NCBI RefSeq assembly: GCF_963921235.1
Contig: NC_086108.1
Span: forward strand, 64,110,001-64,174,000
Length of the DNA: 64,000 bases
DNA from: Mobula hypostoma
Taxonomy: Eukaryota
Direction of reading: 5' to 3'
Part shown: piece by piece, positions 11,060 to 24,091 of the stretch
How the letters are laid out: every line of letters starts with the position of its first letter
Numbering within the stretch: the stretch's first letter is position 1
Notes under the pieces: model-generated
The model's database searches: none
Told to the model about the DNA's origin: nothing
What the model saw: only the letters and a program-made list of their open reading frames with translations
Position numbers and translations under genes: made by a program

Positions 11060-12073
11060 AATCCCATCACTTATTTGGGACAGTATGCCACTGAATTGGG
11101 GCAGGAGACTTGCTGAACCAGTGTCACTTGCGTGAACTTACAACCAAAAACAGAGATTATGTTAGTAAAGGCAGAGACTAAGCAGTAAGACAATTCCAAA
11201 CTGTTGAGGTCACTGCAGTTTCAAGTATTTAGGCTTGGAGATGCCAGAAATGGACGGAAGTGAAAATGAAATGATTTCACCACTTCAACAACTTAGAACT
11301 ATGAAGAATTTTAAAGTATCAACAATCATCTTGAATGTTACAAAGAAAATGAAGACATGGAGGATGCAATCATCGATAGCCTCGTATGAAGGCAGTCCAT
11401 TATCAGCTCTAAGTGTCTGCACTGTTTTTGTTCATTGTGAACACTGAATGAATTCCTCCATCGATAACTATTAGAACTAATACAAGTTTTATAGTACTGT
11501 ACTATTATTGGTAGATTGGCAGGGTGGAGATATGTCTCTACCAAAGGAGGTGTAAGGTGTTCCTTCCCTTTATAACTTACAGGTCACCCTTGGACAAGGT
11601 GTAGCATCTTTGTAGCCCCTCAATCAGGGTCACGTGAAGCCATGGGAGCAGGTGATGAATACCCGTATGAACAGCTGGTGCATATCACAAGTCCTGGTTA
11701 TGTGACCTCTGACACCAGGCAGTCAATCTCTGAAGAGTATTGAGAATAACTGTTGTCACCTGTCTTGTAAAGACACTGCCCAGAAGAAGACAATGCCAAA
11801 CCACTTCTGTAGAAAAAAATTGCCAAGAACAATAACGGTCATGGAAAGACTATGATCACTTACAGTATATGACACAACACATAATGAGTGTTCAAGTGTT
11901 ATTCATAGTGTTCTAATTTGTTCTGTATCTCATTTAAATATATAATTTGTTACTTAGTTTGTCATTTTTAATCCATTGTAACTATTTCCTTGAAACTTTG
12001 GGTAATCGGACAGCTAATTAATTGAGCCAAATTGTACTGGTCCTGATGTGTCCCAATTGACTGATCCACTGTA
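11060..12073. mobile_element. Non-autonomous pogo/Tigger-like DNA transposon remnant (left end eroded)
   Basis: The right end TGTCCCAATTGACTGATCCACTG is followed by TA. Related TTTGGGACA and AATTGGGGCA motifs lie near 11075-11102. The acidic remnant EDLEDAIID-like resembles a pogo C-terminus. Confidence 0.5.
11510..11890 (+). mobile_element. RTE-related SINE-like retroposon
   Basis: GC-richer insert with CAAACCACTTCTGTAGAAAAA...TTGCCAAGAA and a 3' end GACACAACACATAATGA typical of RTE-mobilised elements. Confidence 0.55.
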
Positions 12074-12859
12074 TTAGGGGAGAAAAGTTTAAAAAAGTAA
12101 GATCAGCAAAAATATTGTAATGGTGGCAATACAGTGTTGACAGTGCTTCGGTGAGTTTTCCAAAGCTCCTTCTGTAGTTAGCAGTAACTACAAAGAAATC
12201 ATGCCAACAAAAATCATCGCATAAGCAGTTATTTGAATATATATGCAAACATAAAAAATTTGGAACAATAGCAGATGATATGACCCCTTGAGTTTGTGGA
12301 ACTATTCGAACCTGGTTGATCTAATCACACCTCACACAAATGCCCCACCTCCCAGGAATCAGTTTACTGACATTTTGTGGCACTCACTTTATAAACTTTC
12401 AGAGCTAGGGAGATCGAAATCGCACATAATACTCTAGGTGTGGTCTCACCACAGCCCAGAATTTACATCTACAAATCTTCACCTGCTGAATATATAAGTG
12501 CCTTTATACAATCTACTGTTATCTATTACAAAGATTCTGATCCTTAAAATTCAATCCTGACTCATTTTATGTCGCTTTTTAAAAAAGTTTGTGTGTAATA
12601 CACCAAGGGAAATATAATTAAAATCAAATGAAAATGCAATAAAGACAAACAGGCAGTCACTTTGATCATAACCATATGTCAGTTATTCATTGATGTTACA
12701 ATTAGTCTAAGTGGTGCCTATTATATAGATGCAGTAATAGTTCTTATGGTTTCCAAATGACTTTCACAGCATGCATGATGGCATCTTGGTGAACAGGAAA
12801 GCGTATATACATTTAATACCTTACAGAGGTACATAGAAAAACAGGTTATGATGGCTGCC

Positions 12860-12987
12860 CTGCTGAAGGGTTTCAGCCAAAATGTCGACTGTACTCTTTT
12901 CCTAGATGCTGCCTGGCCTGCTGAGTTCCTCCAGCATTTTGTGTGTGTTGCTCAGGTTTCCAGCATCAGCAGATATTCCCTTGTTTA
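12860..12987 (+). mobile_element. Penelope pseudo-LTR fragment (degenerate hammerhead)
   Basis: CTGCTGAAGGGTTTCAGCCAAAATGTCGACTG...GATGCTGCCTGGCCTGCTGAGTTCCTCCAGCATTTTGTGTG. Confidence 0.75.
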
Positions 12988-13094
12988 TGATGTCATTCAG
13001 CTTATCAAAGGCAGCAATTGATACCATCAATGATGTTCTAAAGATCCAAGCTTCAGTTGTCAGTGTCTATAACCTTGCGCAACTGAGCACACAC

Positions 13095-13320
13095 TAAACC
13101 ATCCATATAAACCAACACTCCCTCTGGTGACTTTATCTACACTTCCTGCTGCTTTGTGGAAGCAACTGAGATGATCAAGGACCCCTTCTATCCCAGTCAT
13201 TCTCTCTTCTCCCTTTCCCGTTGGCAGAAGATTCAAAAACCTGAGAGTATTAACCACCAAACTCAAGAACAGCTTCTATCTTTTTGTTATCAGATTCATG
13301 AACAGACCTCTCTTATGCTA
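13095..13320 (+). mobile_element. Rex1/Babar 3' fragment
   Basis: MIKDPFYPSHSLFSL...; the shifted frame gives GRRFKNLRVLTTKLKNSFY. Confidence 0.75.
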
Positions 13321-13327
13321 AAAGATA

Positions 13328-14170
13328 GAGCCAGTCATAATGCACTACAGCACGGAAACAGGCCCATTTAGTCCATGCCAAACAATTATTCTGCCCTCCG
13401 TACACTTCCCATCAATGTACATATCAAAACTTCTCTTAAATGTTGAAATCAAACCCGCATCCACCACTTCCACTGGAACCTTGCTCCACATGCTCACCCA
13501 CCCTCTGAGTGAAATTCCCCCTCATGTTTCCCCTTAAATATTTCACCCTTAACCTATGACCTAAAGTTTTAGTCTCACCCAACCTCGAAGGAATAAGACT
13601 GCTTGCATTTCCCCCGTCAAATCTCCCTTCCTTCTCCTAAGCTCTAGGGAATAAAGTCCAAACCTATTGAACCTTTCCATATAACTCAGATCCTCAAGTG
13701 CTGGAAATATCCTCTGCACTCTTTCAATCTTATTGATATCTTTCCTGTAAGTAAGTGACCAGAGCCGCAAACAATACTCCAAATTAGGCCTCAGTAACAT
13801 CTTATACAACTTCAACATAACATTCTCGCTCTTATATTCAGTACCTTGATTTATAAAGGCTGATTTACTGAAAGGTCTCTTTACCACCCTATCTACCTGT
13901 GATACCACTTTCAATTAATTATTCCCAGATCACTCTGTTCTGCTGCACTGCTCAGTGCTTTGCCATTCACTGTGCAATTCTTCCCCTGGTTTGTCCTTCA
14001 AAAGAGCAACACCTTACACTTGCCTGCATTAAATTTCACCTGCAATTTTAAAGCCCATTTTTTCAGCTAGTCCAAATCTCACTGCAGGCTTTGATAGCCT
14101 TCATCGCTGTCCACTATGCCCTCATTCTTGGCATCAGTCGCTAATTTGCTGATCCAGTTTACCATATTAT
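13328..14170 (-). mobile_element. CR1 3' fragment (RT C-terminus, degenerate)
   Basis: ORF 13561-13914 reads LLRPNLEYCLRLWSLTYRKDINKIERVQR. The 3'UTR contains TACAGCACGGAAACAGGCCC. Confidence 0.9.
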
Positions 14171-14174
14171 TAGT

Positions 14175-17100
14175 CCATAAAACCATAAGATATAAGAGCA
14201 GAATTAGACCATTTGGCCCATTGAGTCTGCTCCACTATTCCAGCGTGACTGATCCATTTCCCTCTTATCCCTAATCTCCTACCTTCTCCGTGTCCTTTCA
14301 TGCGCTGACTAATCAAGAATCTATCAACCTCTGCGATAAATATACTCAGTGACCTGGCCTCCACAGCCACCTGTGGCAATGAATTCCACAGATTCACCAC
14401 GCTCTAGCTAAAGAAATTCCCTCTCATCTCCATTCTAAGTGGACATCCCTCTATTCGGATGCTGTGTACTCTGGACATAGACTCCCAAACATCCTCTCCA
14501 AATCTACACTATCGAGGCCTTTCAACGTTCAATAGGTTTCAATGAGATCTCCTCTTATCCTTCTGAATTCCAGTGAGTACAGGACCATCAAAAGCTCCTC
14601 ATATGATAAGCCTTTCAATCCTGGAATCAATTTTGCAAACCTCCTTTGAACCCTCTCCAATGTTAGCACATCCTTTCTTAGATAAGGGGTCCAGAACTGC
14701 TCACGTCATACTTCAAATGAGGCATCATCAGAACCTAATAAAGCCTTAACATTACATCCTTGTTCTTATATTCTAATCCTCTCAAAATGAATGCTAACAT
14801 TGCATTTGCCCACCTCACCCACTGCCGACTCTATCTGCAAATTAACCTTTAGGGAGTCCTCCACAAGGACTCCCAAATTCCTTTGTTCCTCAGATTTTTG
14901 GATTTCCCTTCATTTAAAAAATAGTCTACGCTTTTATTTTTTTCTTCCAAAGTGCATGGTCATACTCTTCCTGAAACTGTATTCCATCTGCCAATTCTTT
15001 GCCCATTCTTCTAATCTGTCAAAGTACTTCTGTAGCCTCTCTACTTCCTCAAAACTACCTACCCTTACACCTATCTTCATACCATCTGCAAACTTTGCAA
15101 CAAGGCCATCAATCCATCATCCAAAATAATCAGTCCCAACATAGACCTCTGTGGAACACCACCAATCACTGGAAGCCAACCAGAAAATGCTCCCTTCATT
15201 CCTATTCTTTGTCTCCTGCCAATCAGCCATTGCTTTATCCATGCTAGAATCTTCACCATAATACCATGGGTTCGTAGCTTGTTAAGCAGCCTCATGTGTA
15301 GCACCTTATCAAAGGCTTTCTGAATATCCAAGTACATGATATCGGCTGATTCTATCCTGCTTTTCATTTCTTCAAAGAATTCCAACAGATTTGTCAGAAA
15401 GATTTTCCTTGTGGAAATTATGCTGACTATGACCTATTTTTATCACGTGCCTCCAAGTATCCTGAGACCTCATCCTTAAAAATCGACTTCAACTTCTTCC
15501 CAACCACTGAGGTCAGACTAACTGGCCTATAATTTCCTTTCTTCTACCTCTCTCCCTTCTTGAGAAGTGGAATGAGATTTGCAATTTTCCAGACTTCTGG
15601 AACCATTCCAGAATCTAGTGATTCTTGAAAGATTAACACTAATGCCTCCACAATCTCTTCAGCCATCTCTTTCTCTTAGCTATGAGTGTGTCATCCTTCC
15701 TTTAGAATACTTCTTCCTCTTTGGGATGTATATATCCTGTGCATTCCAAATTGCTTCCAGAAATTGCAGCCATTACTTCTCTGTCATCATCCCTGCTAGT
15801 GTTCTTTTTCAGCTCCTCTGTCATGCCTCTTTTATTCCCTTTACTCCACTGCAAGATTGATACATCTGACCTTAGCATCCCCACAAATTTCAGGGTTAAT
15901 TTGATCATATTATGGTCACTTGCCCCTAAGGGTTCTTTTACCGTATGGTCTCTAATCAATTTTGATTCATTGCACAACACCCAATCCAGAATAGTTGATT
16001 CCCCAGTGGGCTCAAACACAAGCTGCTCTGAAAAGCCATCTCATGGGCACTCTAGAACACCCCCTCTTCTGGAAGCCAGCACCAACCTGATTTTCCCAAT
16101 CTACCTGCATATTGAAGTCCCCATGACTATTGTAGCATTTCCCTTTTAGCATATATTTTCTATCTCCCGTTGTAATTTGTAGACCACATCCTTACTGCTG
16201 TTTGAGGGTCTGTATACAACCCCCATCTTTTTACCCTTGTAGTTCCTTGGTTCTATTCACAATGAATCAACCCCTTCTCACCATATGCCACTCTTTCTAA
16301 AGTCTTGATTTCATTTTTTACCAACAGAGCACCACCACCCCCTCTGCCTTCCTGCCAGTCCTTTCCTTGGACAATGTCTATCCTTGGACATTAAGCTCCC
16401 AGCTATAATCTTCTTTCAGCCGTGAGTCAGTGATGCCTACAACATCATATATGCCAATCTGTAATTGTGCTACAAGTCATCTACCTTATTCCATATACTG
16501 CACACAGTCAAATACAACTCCTTCAGTCCTGTATTCACCCTTATCATTTTTGTCTACCTTTTATGTTGCAACTCATCCTGTTGACTGCAATTTTGCCCTA
16601 TCAACAGCCTCTCCTCACTACACATTGCCTCTGTTTGTAAACCACCTGCCTCATCTTCAGCGCTATTATCTGCCTCTCCTATGATACTTCCTGCATCAAA
16701 ATATACTGTAGGCATTTCAGGACACTAGTCGCACGATGCTCAACCTATTGATTCCTAACCATGTCTGAGGTCTTACCAACATCTGCCTCCACAACCTCTT
16801 CACTAACTGCTCTGGCACTCTGGTTCCCATCCCCCTGCAACTCTCGTTTACACCCCACTATGCAGCACTAGTAAACCCTCCCGCTAGGATATTAGTCCTC
16901 CTCCAGTTCAGGTGCCAACCGTCCCTTCTGTACAAGTCCCATCTTCCCTAGAAGAAAGCCCAATGATCCAAAAATCGTATGGTCTCCCTCTGACACCAAC
17001 TCCTTAGCCACAAGTTAAACTGTATAATCTTCCTACCTCTGGTCTCACTAGCACATGGCATAAGTAGCAATCCTGAGATCACAGCCCTAGAGATCCTGAC

Positions 17101-17473
17101 CTTTAACTTTGCACTTAACTCCCTGAACGCCCTATGGAGAACCTCATCACTCGTCATACCTATGACATTGGTACCACATGGACCATGACCTCCTACTTAA
17201 GAATGCTGAGGACTTGATCCGAGATATCCCAGACTCTGGGAATCTCATTCTCACCTCCTGTCCATTCCCCTATCACAACTCACCTCTTCTCCCCCTTTCC
17301 CTTCTGAGTTACAGAGGCAGACTCAGTGCCACAGACCCGACCACAGTGACTTTCCTCTGTTAGGTCATTCCCAACCCCCCACCCCGCCCCGACAGTGTCC
17401 AAAGTGACATACCTATTGTTGATGGGGATTGCCACAGAGGTACTCTGCACTGGCTCCTTAACACCTTTCCCCT
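14175..17473 (-). mobile_element. Near-full-length degenerate CR1 with internal deletions (ORF1 esterase part, endonuclease, RT, 3'UTR)
   Basis: RAVISGLLLMP...FNLWLRSWCQRE (ORF1); ILDWVLCNE...LGASDHNMI (endonuclease); YLDIQKAFDKV...GVPQ (RT); VNLWNSLPQ. (CCATAAGA)-type tail at 14175. Confidence 0.92.
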
Positions 17474-17474
17474 G

Positions 17475-19213
17475 CCAGTCCATGCCCGTGCATGTAGATT
17501 GGAAAGCTGGTAACCGCAAAGGCTGAGCTTGGCAACAAGGAAAGACTTGGCATTGTACGTTAGTCAAATACAGGTTTCCCCCGCCATCCGAAGGTAGAGC
17601 GTTCCTATGAAACGATTCATAAGCCGGAATGTCGTAAAGCGAAGAAGCAATTACCATTTATTTATATGGAAAAAATTTGTAAGCGTTCGCAGACCCAAAA
17701 AATAACCTACCAAATCATGCCAAATAACACATATAACCTAAAATAATAGTAACATATAGTAAAAGCAGGAATGATATGATAAATACACAGCCTATATAAA
17801 GTAGAAATACTTTTCCACAATCATTGCCGCACTATTCTCCGTAGCAAAAATCTCACGCAAGCGCTCTCGGCAGAAACATGGCACAAGCGCTATCCAGTAA
17901 CCTTTAAGCTATGAAGCTGCCAAATCATACCAAATAACACATAAAAATACACAGCCGATATAAAGTAGAAATAATGTATGTACAGTGTAGTATCACTACG
18001 GGAATCGGGAAGACATCAAGCACACTGATAATGGTGTTAGGCTGAGTCGTCGGAGGTTGGGGTGGTGCAGTGGCCCCCACCCTCTGGGCAGCGACCTGAT
18101 ACCGATCCGCGAAGAATACAGCGGTCCAGCAGCGGACGGGACGCAATCAGCAATCGTCTCTGATCTGGGCCAACATTCACGTGCCGGGCGGCACCTAATT
18201 AATTAGCTTGTTTATTTCGGCTTTTTTCTTAAAGATGTGCTGGGTGCCTCCCGGCTACCGCTACATTCTCCGCAGCCAGGGGGATGGGGTGGTGGGACAC
18301 TGGGGTGTCGTCTCATTGTCGATCAGGGCAGGCAGGTCATCTTCTTCTATGTCTGCCTGCCTCGACGGCAAAGGTCGAGGTTTGTCATCTGCTGTGGCTG
18401 ATGTGGAAGGCTTGCTTGACTGCTTAGCCTCGCACATTTTTAGATCATACTGTTCTTCGTAAGCACTCAAACCATCCTGCAAATATGCCCTAAACCGACG
18501 AACCCTTTCAAAATTGAAGTTGTACTTTATTATTGCAGCGAAAATCTCACACAGATGCTTCACATTCAGTTCCTGGACAACTTTACTTTCAGTCCATTCG
18601 CAACTGCATTCGTTTTCAATTGTTATCCTTTCCTATTCCAATTGCATCAGCTCTTCATCTATCAGTTCTTGGTCATGGGACGCCAAAACCTCTTCAACAT
18701 CATCTTTGTCAGCTTCCACAAGCCAAACTCACTTTGTCCTTACTTCGTTCACCACGATCGAAAGGCTTAATTATGTCTAGTTTTACGCTAAGTGTAACAC
18801 CCTTACGAGCTCTTTCAGGCTTTTGCGATACCTTAGAACTTATCTTGCAAACGGCTGCTCACAGGCACGTGCTTAAGCAATGCCGGGGAGAATGCAGTTC
18901 CGAATCCGGGGGAGGAGCGGCTGCTCGGGGCGTGCGCTGCCTTTTTTCGCGCACTGCCATTACCGCGTGCTACCTTTTTCGTAACAGTGAAAACATCTTC
19001 TGTTAGTGAAAACAGGTAGCCAATGTAGGTCTTCCGTAACAGTGAGGTTTCGTGAAGTGAACGTTCGAAAAGCGGGGGACACCTGTAGTCCCTGGCTTCC
19101 CCTCCATATGGTCCCCAAGTATGATGGTGGTTGCCACCCATGTGGTAATTAAAGACCACCAACCCCCATCATTACCCAGTCCCACACATGCAAGACCTTT
19201 CAGCATGTTTTAG
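17475..19213 (+). mobile_element. Gypsy RT N-terminal fragment (17475-17570 and 19088-19213) split by Tigger
   Basis: PVHARACRL..KLVTAKAELGNKERLGIVR*SN | SPW..PLHMVPKYDGGCHPCG..HYPVPHMQD is continuous across the TA duplication. Confidence 0.8.
17571..19085 (-). mobile_element. Internally deleted Tigger/pogo DNA transposon
   Basis: TA TSD. Imperfect TIRs of about 25 bp (CAGGTTTCCCCCGCCATCCGAAGGT and CAGGTGTCCCCCGCTTTTCGAACGT). The minus strand encodes a CENP-B-like N-terminus RARKGVTLSVKLDIIKPFDRGERSKD joined to C-terminal DDVEEVLASHDQELIDEELMQLE. No DDE core. Confidence 0.9.
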
Positions 19214-20462
19214 CACATATGGCCTCAATGGTTGGCCTGAGAGGCAATCAGCCACAACATAACTTTTTCCCTTAGTGTATTGTACCTAAGTTGAGAACTG
19301 CAATATGTAGGCCAAGTGGTGTTACTGTCATGCAGACTAAGGGGATGATATTTTGGCCATCACATGCATGGAGGGTTTGTACTCAACAAACACTGTGAAA
19401 TGGTGACCCTCTAGAAGAAAACAAAAATGGTAAACAGCCAGATAGAGACTGAGAAGCTCAGGGTCAAACGTGCTGTACTTCCTATTGGGGGGCTGGAGCG
19501 GCCGGCTGAAGAAGGTGAGCGACTGCCACACATCTCCATCCACCTATTTGTACACAGCATCCACAGCATAGGCTGAAGTACCAGTAATAATAACTATAGG
19601 TGCATTGAGTAGCGGGTGCACACGTAGAGTTGCGTTGGAAATAGCTCATTTAGTATCATCAAATGCCCTGGTCATGTTCACTGACCAGTTCAGCACATGA
19701 CCAAGGGTATTGCCTTTAAGTGCACTAAACAGGAGGAGGATAAGTTCAGCAGCTTGCAGAATGAAGCAATGATAGAAACTTACATGCCTAAAAATTCCTG
19801 TAGTTTTTTAGTAGTGCAGGGTGGTGGAATAAACCAACAAGTCTGAGAGTAGATAAGTCATCTGTACCAGATGGTGTACACCCCAGGGTTCTGAAAGAGG
19901 TAGTTGAAAATATCATGGAGGCATTAATGGTGATCTTTCAAGAATAATTAGATTCCTGAATGGTTTCGGAAGACTGGGAAATTGCAAATGTCACTCCACT
20001 CTTCAAGAAGGAAGAGAGCCAGAAGAAAGAAAGCTATAGGCCAGTTAGTCTGACCTCAGTAGCTGGGAAGAAGTTGGAGTCGAGTAGTAAGGATGAGGAC
20101 TCAGGGTACTTGGAGGCACATGATAAAGTAGGCTGTTGTCAGCATGGTTTCCTCAAGGGAAAATCTTGCCAGATAAATCTGTTGGAATTCTTTGAAGAAA
20201 TTACAAGCAGGATAGACAAAGGAGAATCAGTTAATGTTGTGTACTTGAGTTTTCAGAAGACCTTTGACAAGGTGCCACACATGAAGCTGCTTAACAAGCT
20301 GTGAGCCCATGGTATTTCAAGAAATATTCTAGCATGTATAAAGCAGTGGCTGATTGGTAGGAGGTAAAGAGTGGGAATGAAGGGAGCCTTTTCTGGTTGG
20401 CTGTCAGTGACCAGTGGTGTTCCACAGGGATCCATGTTGAGCTCAAATCTTTTTAAGTTATA

Positions 20463-20994
20463 CAAGAGGTGATTGATAAGTTCATAGCCTGTGTTCATAG
20501 TAGGAGGGAGTCAATTTTAGAAAGCCTAGCACATTTATTTTTCAACATAGTCCCCTCCTATATTTACACACTTAGACCAGTGATCATGGAGCATACGGAT
20601 TCCTTCTTTGTAGAAGTCGGTGTCTTGGACCTCCAGAAAGTGGTCCACAGCAGAGGTGATTGACAGGTTCGTGGCCTAAGGTAGAAGGAGATGAGCTATA
20701 CAGCTCTCATTACATGCACGTGCAGTTCAACTCTTTGAGTGATTATGCAGGAAGTTTGAAGTTAATAACTCATCTGCTTCTACCTTAGGCCACAAACCCA
20801 TCAATCATTCCTGCTGTGGACGACTTTCTGGAGGTCCAAGACGCCAACTTCTACAAAGAAGGGATCCGTATGCTCCACGACCACTGAACTAAGTGTGTAA
20901 ATGTAGGAGGGGACTATGTTGAAAAATAAATGTGCTAGGTTTTCTAAAATTGACTCCTGCTGCCTTAGGCCATGAACTTATCAATCACCCAGCG
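20463..20994. mobile_element. Mariner-derived foldback MITE
   Basis: TA TSD inside CR1. TIR GGTGATTGATAAGTTC.TGGCCTAAGG. Both arms carry the mariner transposase end FYKEGIRMLHDxWTKCVNVGGDYVEK. Confidence 0.9.
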
Positions 20995-21602
20995 TATGTC
21001 AATGATTTGGATGATAGAATTAATGGCTTTGTTGAAAAGTTTGCAGATGACGTACTGTAGATATGTGGAGAGTAGGTAGTTTTGAGGAAGTAGCGAGGTT
21101 ACAGAAGGACTTTGACAGATTAGGAGAATGGGGAAAGAAATGGCAGATGGAATGCAGTGTTGGGAAATGTATGGGCATACACTTTGGTAGAAGAAATGAA
21201 AGGGTTGACTATTTTCTAAATGGAGAGAAAAGGATGTAATGTTGAAATTTATAAAGCACTGGTGAGGCTTCACTTGGAGTATTGTGAATAGTTTTGGCCC
21301 CTTATCTTAGAAAAGATGTGTTGAAACTGGATGGGGATTCAAAGGAGGTTGACGAAAATGACTTCAGGATTGAAAGGCTTGTTATATGAAGAATGTTTGA
21401 TGGCTCTGGACCTGTATTCCCTGGGGTTCAGAAGAATGAGGAGTGACCTCATTGAAAACTATTGAATGGTGAAAGCCCTTGATAGAGTGGATGTGGAGAG
21501 GATGACTCCTATGGTGGGAGAGTCTAAGACCAAAGGACACAGCCTCAAAATAGAGGGGCATCCTTTTAGAATGGAAATGAGGAGGAATTTCTTTAGCCAG
21601 AG

Positions 21603-21799
21603 ATTAGATTAGATTACGAGGACACACAGTCCTCTTTTATTGTCATTTAGTAATGCATGCATTAAGAAATGATACAATGTTCCTCCAGTATGATATCACA
21701 GAAACACAAGACAAACCAAGACTAAAAAAAACTGACAAAACCACATAATTATAACATATAGTTACAACAGTGCAAAGCAATACCGTAATTTGATAAAGA
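21603..21799 (-). mobile_element. 3' end of an (AATCT)n-tailed retroposon
   Basis: Closely matches the reverse complement of about 24545-24739. Interrupts the CR1 motif TTTAGCCAGAG|AGTGGTGAA. Confidence 0.8.
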
Positions 21800-21860
21800 A
21801 GAGTGGTGAATTTGTGGAATTCTTTTCCACAGGCAGCTGTGAATGCCAAGTCTTTATGTG

Positions 21861-22906
21861 ACCATTGCTTTTCACATTGTTTGTCAGTGATTTAGATGAT
21901 AGAATTGATGGCTTTGTGGCATGATACAAAGATAGGTGGAAGTTTAGGTAGTGCTGAGGAAGCAATGTGATTATAGCAGGAATCAGACAAATTGGAAGAA
22001 TGGGCAAAATTTGGCAAATGAAATACATGTTGGGAAACGTATGATAATGTATTTTGGTATAAGGAACAATAGTGTGGACTGTTTTCTAAATGGGGAGAAG
22101 GATCAAACATCAGAGGTGCAGAGGGACTTAGGTGTCCTCGTGCAACACTACCAGAAGGTTAATTTACAGGCTGAGTCTGGGGTAAAGAAGGCAAATGAAG
22201 GCATTGATTTCAAGGGGAATAGAATATGAAAGCAAGGAGATAATGCTGAGCCTTTATAAGACACTAGTCAGGCTGCATAGAGTATTGTCAAGTTTTGTGC
22301 TCCATTTCTTAGAAAGGATGTGTTGTCACTGCAGGGAGTCCTGAGGAAGTTCACGACGATGATTCCAGGAACGAAGGGGTTAACATATGAGGAGCGTTTG
22401 GCAGCTTTGGGCCTGTACTCACTGGAATTTAGAAGAACGTGGTGGGGGAGGGGAATCTCATTGAAATCTACCAAATGTTGAAAGGACTAGATAGGGTGGA
22501 CAGAATGTTTCCTTTGGTGGGGATATCCAGAATTAGGGAGCACAGCCTCAAAACTGAGGGGCAACCCTTTAGAACAGAGGTAAGGAAATTTTTTTAGCCA
22601 GAGAGCAGTAAATCTGTGCAATAGTCTGACACAGACTGCAATAGAGGCCTGATCAGTCAGGGCATCAAAGGATATGGCAAAGAGGCAGGTGTTTGGGGTT
22701 GAGTGGGATCCAGACCCAATGCTCCCATGTGTTATGGTCTTATGGTGCAGAGGTTGATAGATTCTTGATTGGTCAGGGCCTGAAGGGATATGGGGAGAAG
22801 GGAGGAGATTTGAGCTGAGAGGGAAATTGGAACGGCCATGATGAAATGGTGGAGCAGATGTGATGGGCCAAATGACCTAATTCTGCTCCAAAATCTTATG
22901 GTCTTA
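21861..22906 (+). mobile_element. Second CR1 RT/3' end, with a further stacked CR1 3' end (22746-22906)
   Basis: EVQRDLGVLV...KKAN motif. Two (TTATGGTC)n tails, at about 22732-22746 and 22896-22908. Confidence 0.88.
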
Positions 22907-23814
22907 TGGAGTATATCCATAATAATGGCTGTTTTGGTGGGAGGGATTTCGCACATTCTGTGGAGATGCAATGGTTGACAAAGTCACTGGTTGACAACTC
23001 AGACTGGCATTTAGCAGGGTTAATAATCAACCCTTGTTGGCTTAAGCAGTCAAAAATTGTGTGGAGATGAGATACTTTTTGGATTTGAATGCACTGTCAA
23101 CAAGTATGTCATCCAGGCAAACAAAAAGAAAATCTAAGTCTTTTAATATAGCAGAGTCGATCAGCTGTTGGAAAGTCTGTGCTGCATTTTTCAGCCCAAA
23201 TGACATGCACAGAAACTCAAAAAGACCAAACGGAGTTATCACAGCCATTTTGGGAATGACCTCCGAGCACACTGGCACCCGATGGTAGCCCCTAATTAGA
23301 TCAACTTTGGAAAATATTAACTTTCCAGCTAAACATGTCAAAAAGTCTTGGATGTATGGGATCAGGTAACAATCAGTGGTGGTGGCCTTGTTAAAGTGTC
23401 TGCAATCACCATAAGGGGGGCAACCACCATCAGACTTAGGGACCATAATATGGAGGGGGGAAGCCCAGGGACTATTTGACCAGCGTGCAATACGAAGTCC
23501 TTCCATATTGACAAACTCAGCCTTGGCAGTTGCTACCTTTCCCTGGTTCAGTCAACGTGTGCAGAATGTGTAGTGGAGAATGTGGGCTTCGTGAGGTTTG
23601 GGAAATCGCCCAGCAGACAAGTAAACTCACATGCAGTGGTGCCTGCACTTGACAGCGTCATTGTGGGGTAGTTACTGAGGAAGCAGAACAGCAACCCAAA
23701 GTCCTTGACATTCATAAGCTGGCTGTACTTAGGATCAACTAATAGTCGTTGGGCACACAGGAAATCTGCACCACATAAAGGTCTAGTCACTTTAGCCAGG
23801 ATGAAGTCCCATTC

Positions 23815-24048
23815 TTTCTGCTGCCTGCAAGGAATCTGTACATCCTCCCCGTGACTGTGTGGGTTTCCTCCGGGTGCTCCGGTTTCCTCCCTCAGTCCAA
23901 AGGTGTCCCAGTTAATAGTTTAATTGGTAATTGTAAATTGTGCTGTGATTAGGCTAGGATTAAATCGGGGAGGGGGGTGTTACTGGGTGGCGAGGCTTAA
24001 AGGGCCAGAAGGGCCTATTCCATGCTGTATGCAAATAAATAAATAAAT
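23815..24048 (+). mobile_element. V-SINE (HE1-like), 5'-truncated
   Basis: V-domain CCCCGTGACTGTGTGGGTTTCCTCCGGGTGCTCCGGTTTCCTCCC, a CR1-like 3' end GGGCCAGAAGGGCCTATTCC and an (AAAT)n tail. Confidence 0.85.
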
Positions 24049-24091
24049 GTGTAATGTCACCCACTGAAGCAGAACTTCACCTGTCGTAGTC

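Larger units (their letters stand above)
19835..21860 (+). mobile_element. CR1 RT region inserted in the Gypsy element
   Basis: DWEIANVTPLFKK...YRPVSLTS...QHGFLKGKSCQINLLEFF...FQKTFDKVPH. Continues past the nested MITE to the FFSQRVVNLWN motif. Confidence 0.92.
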
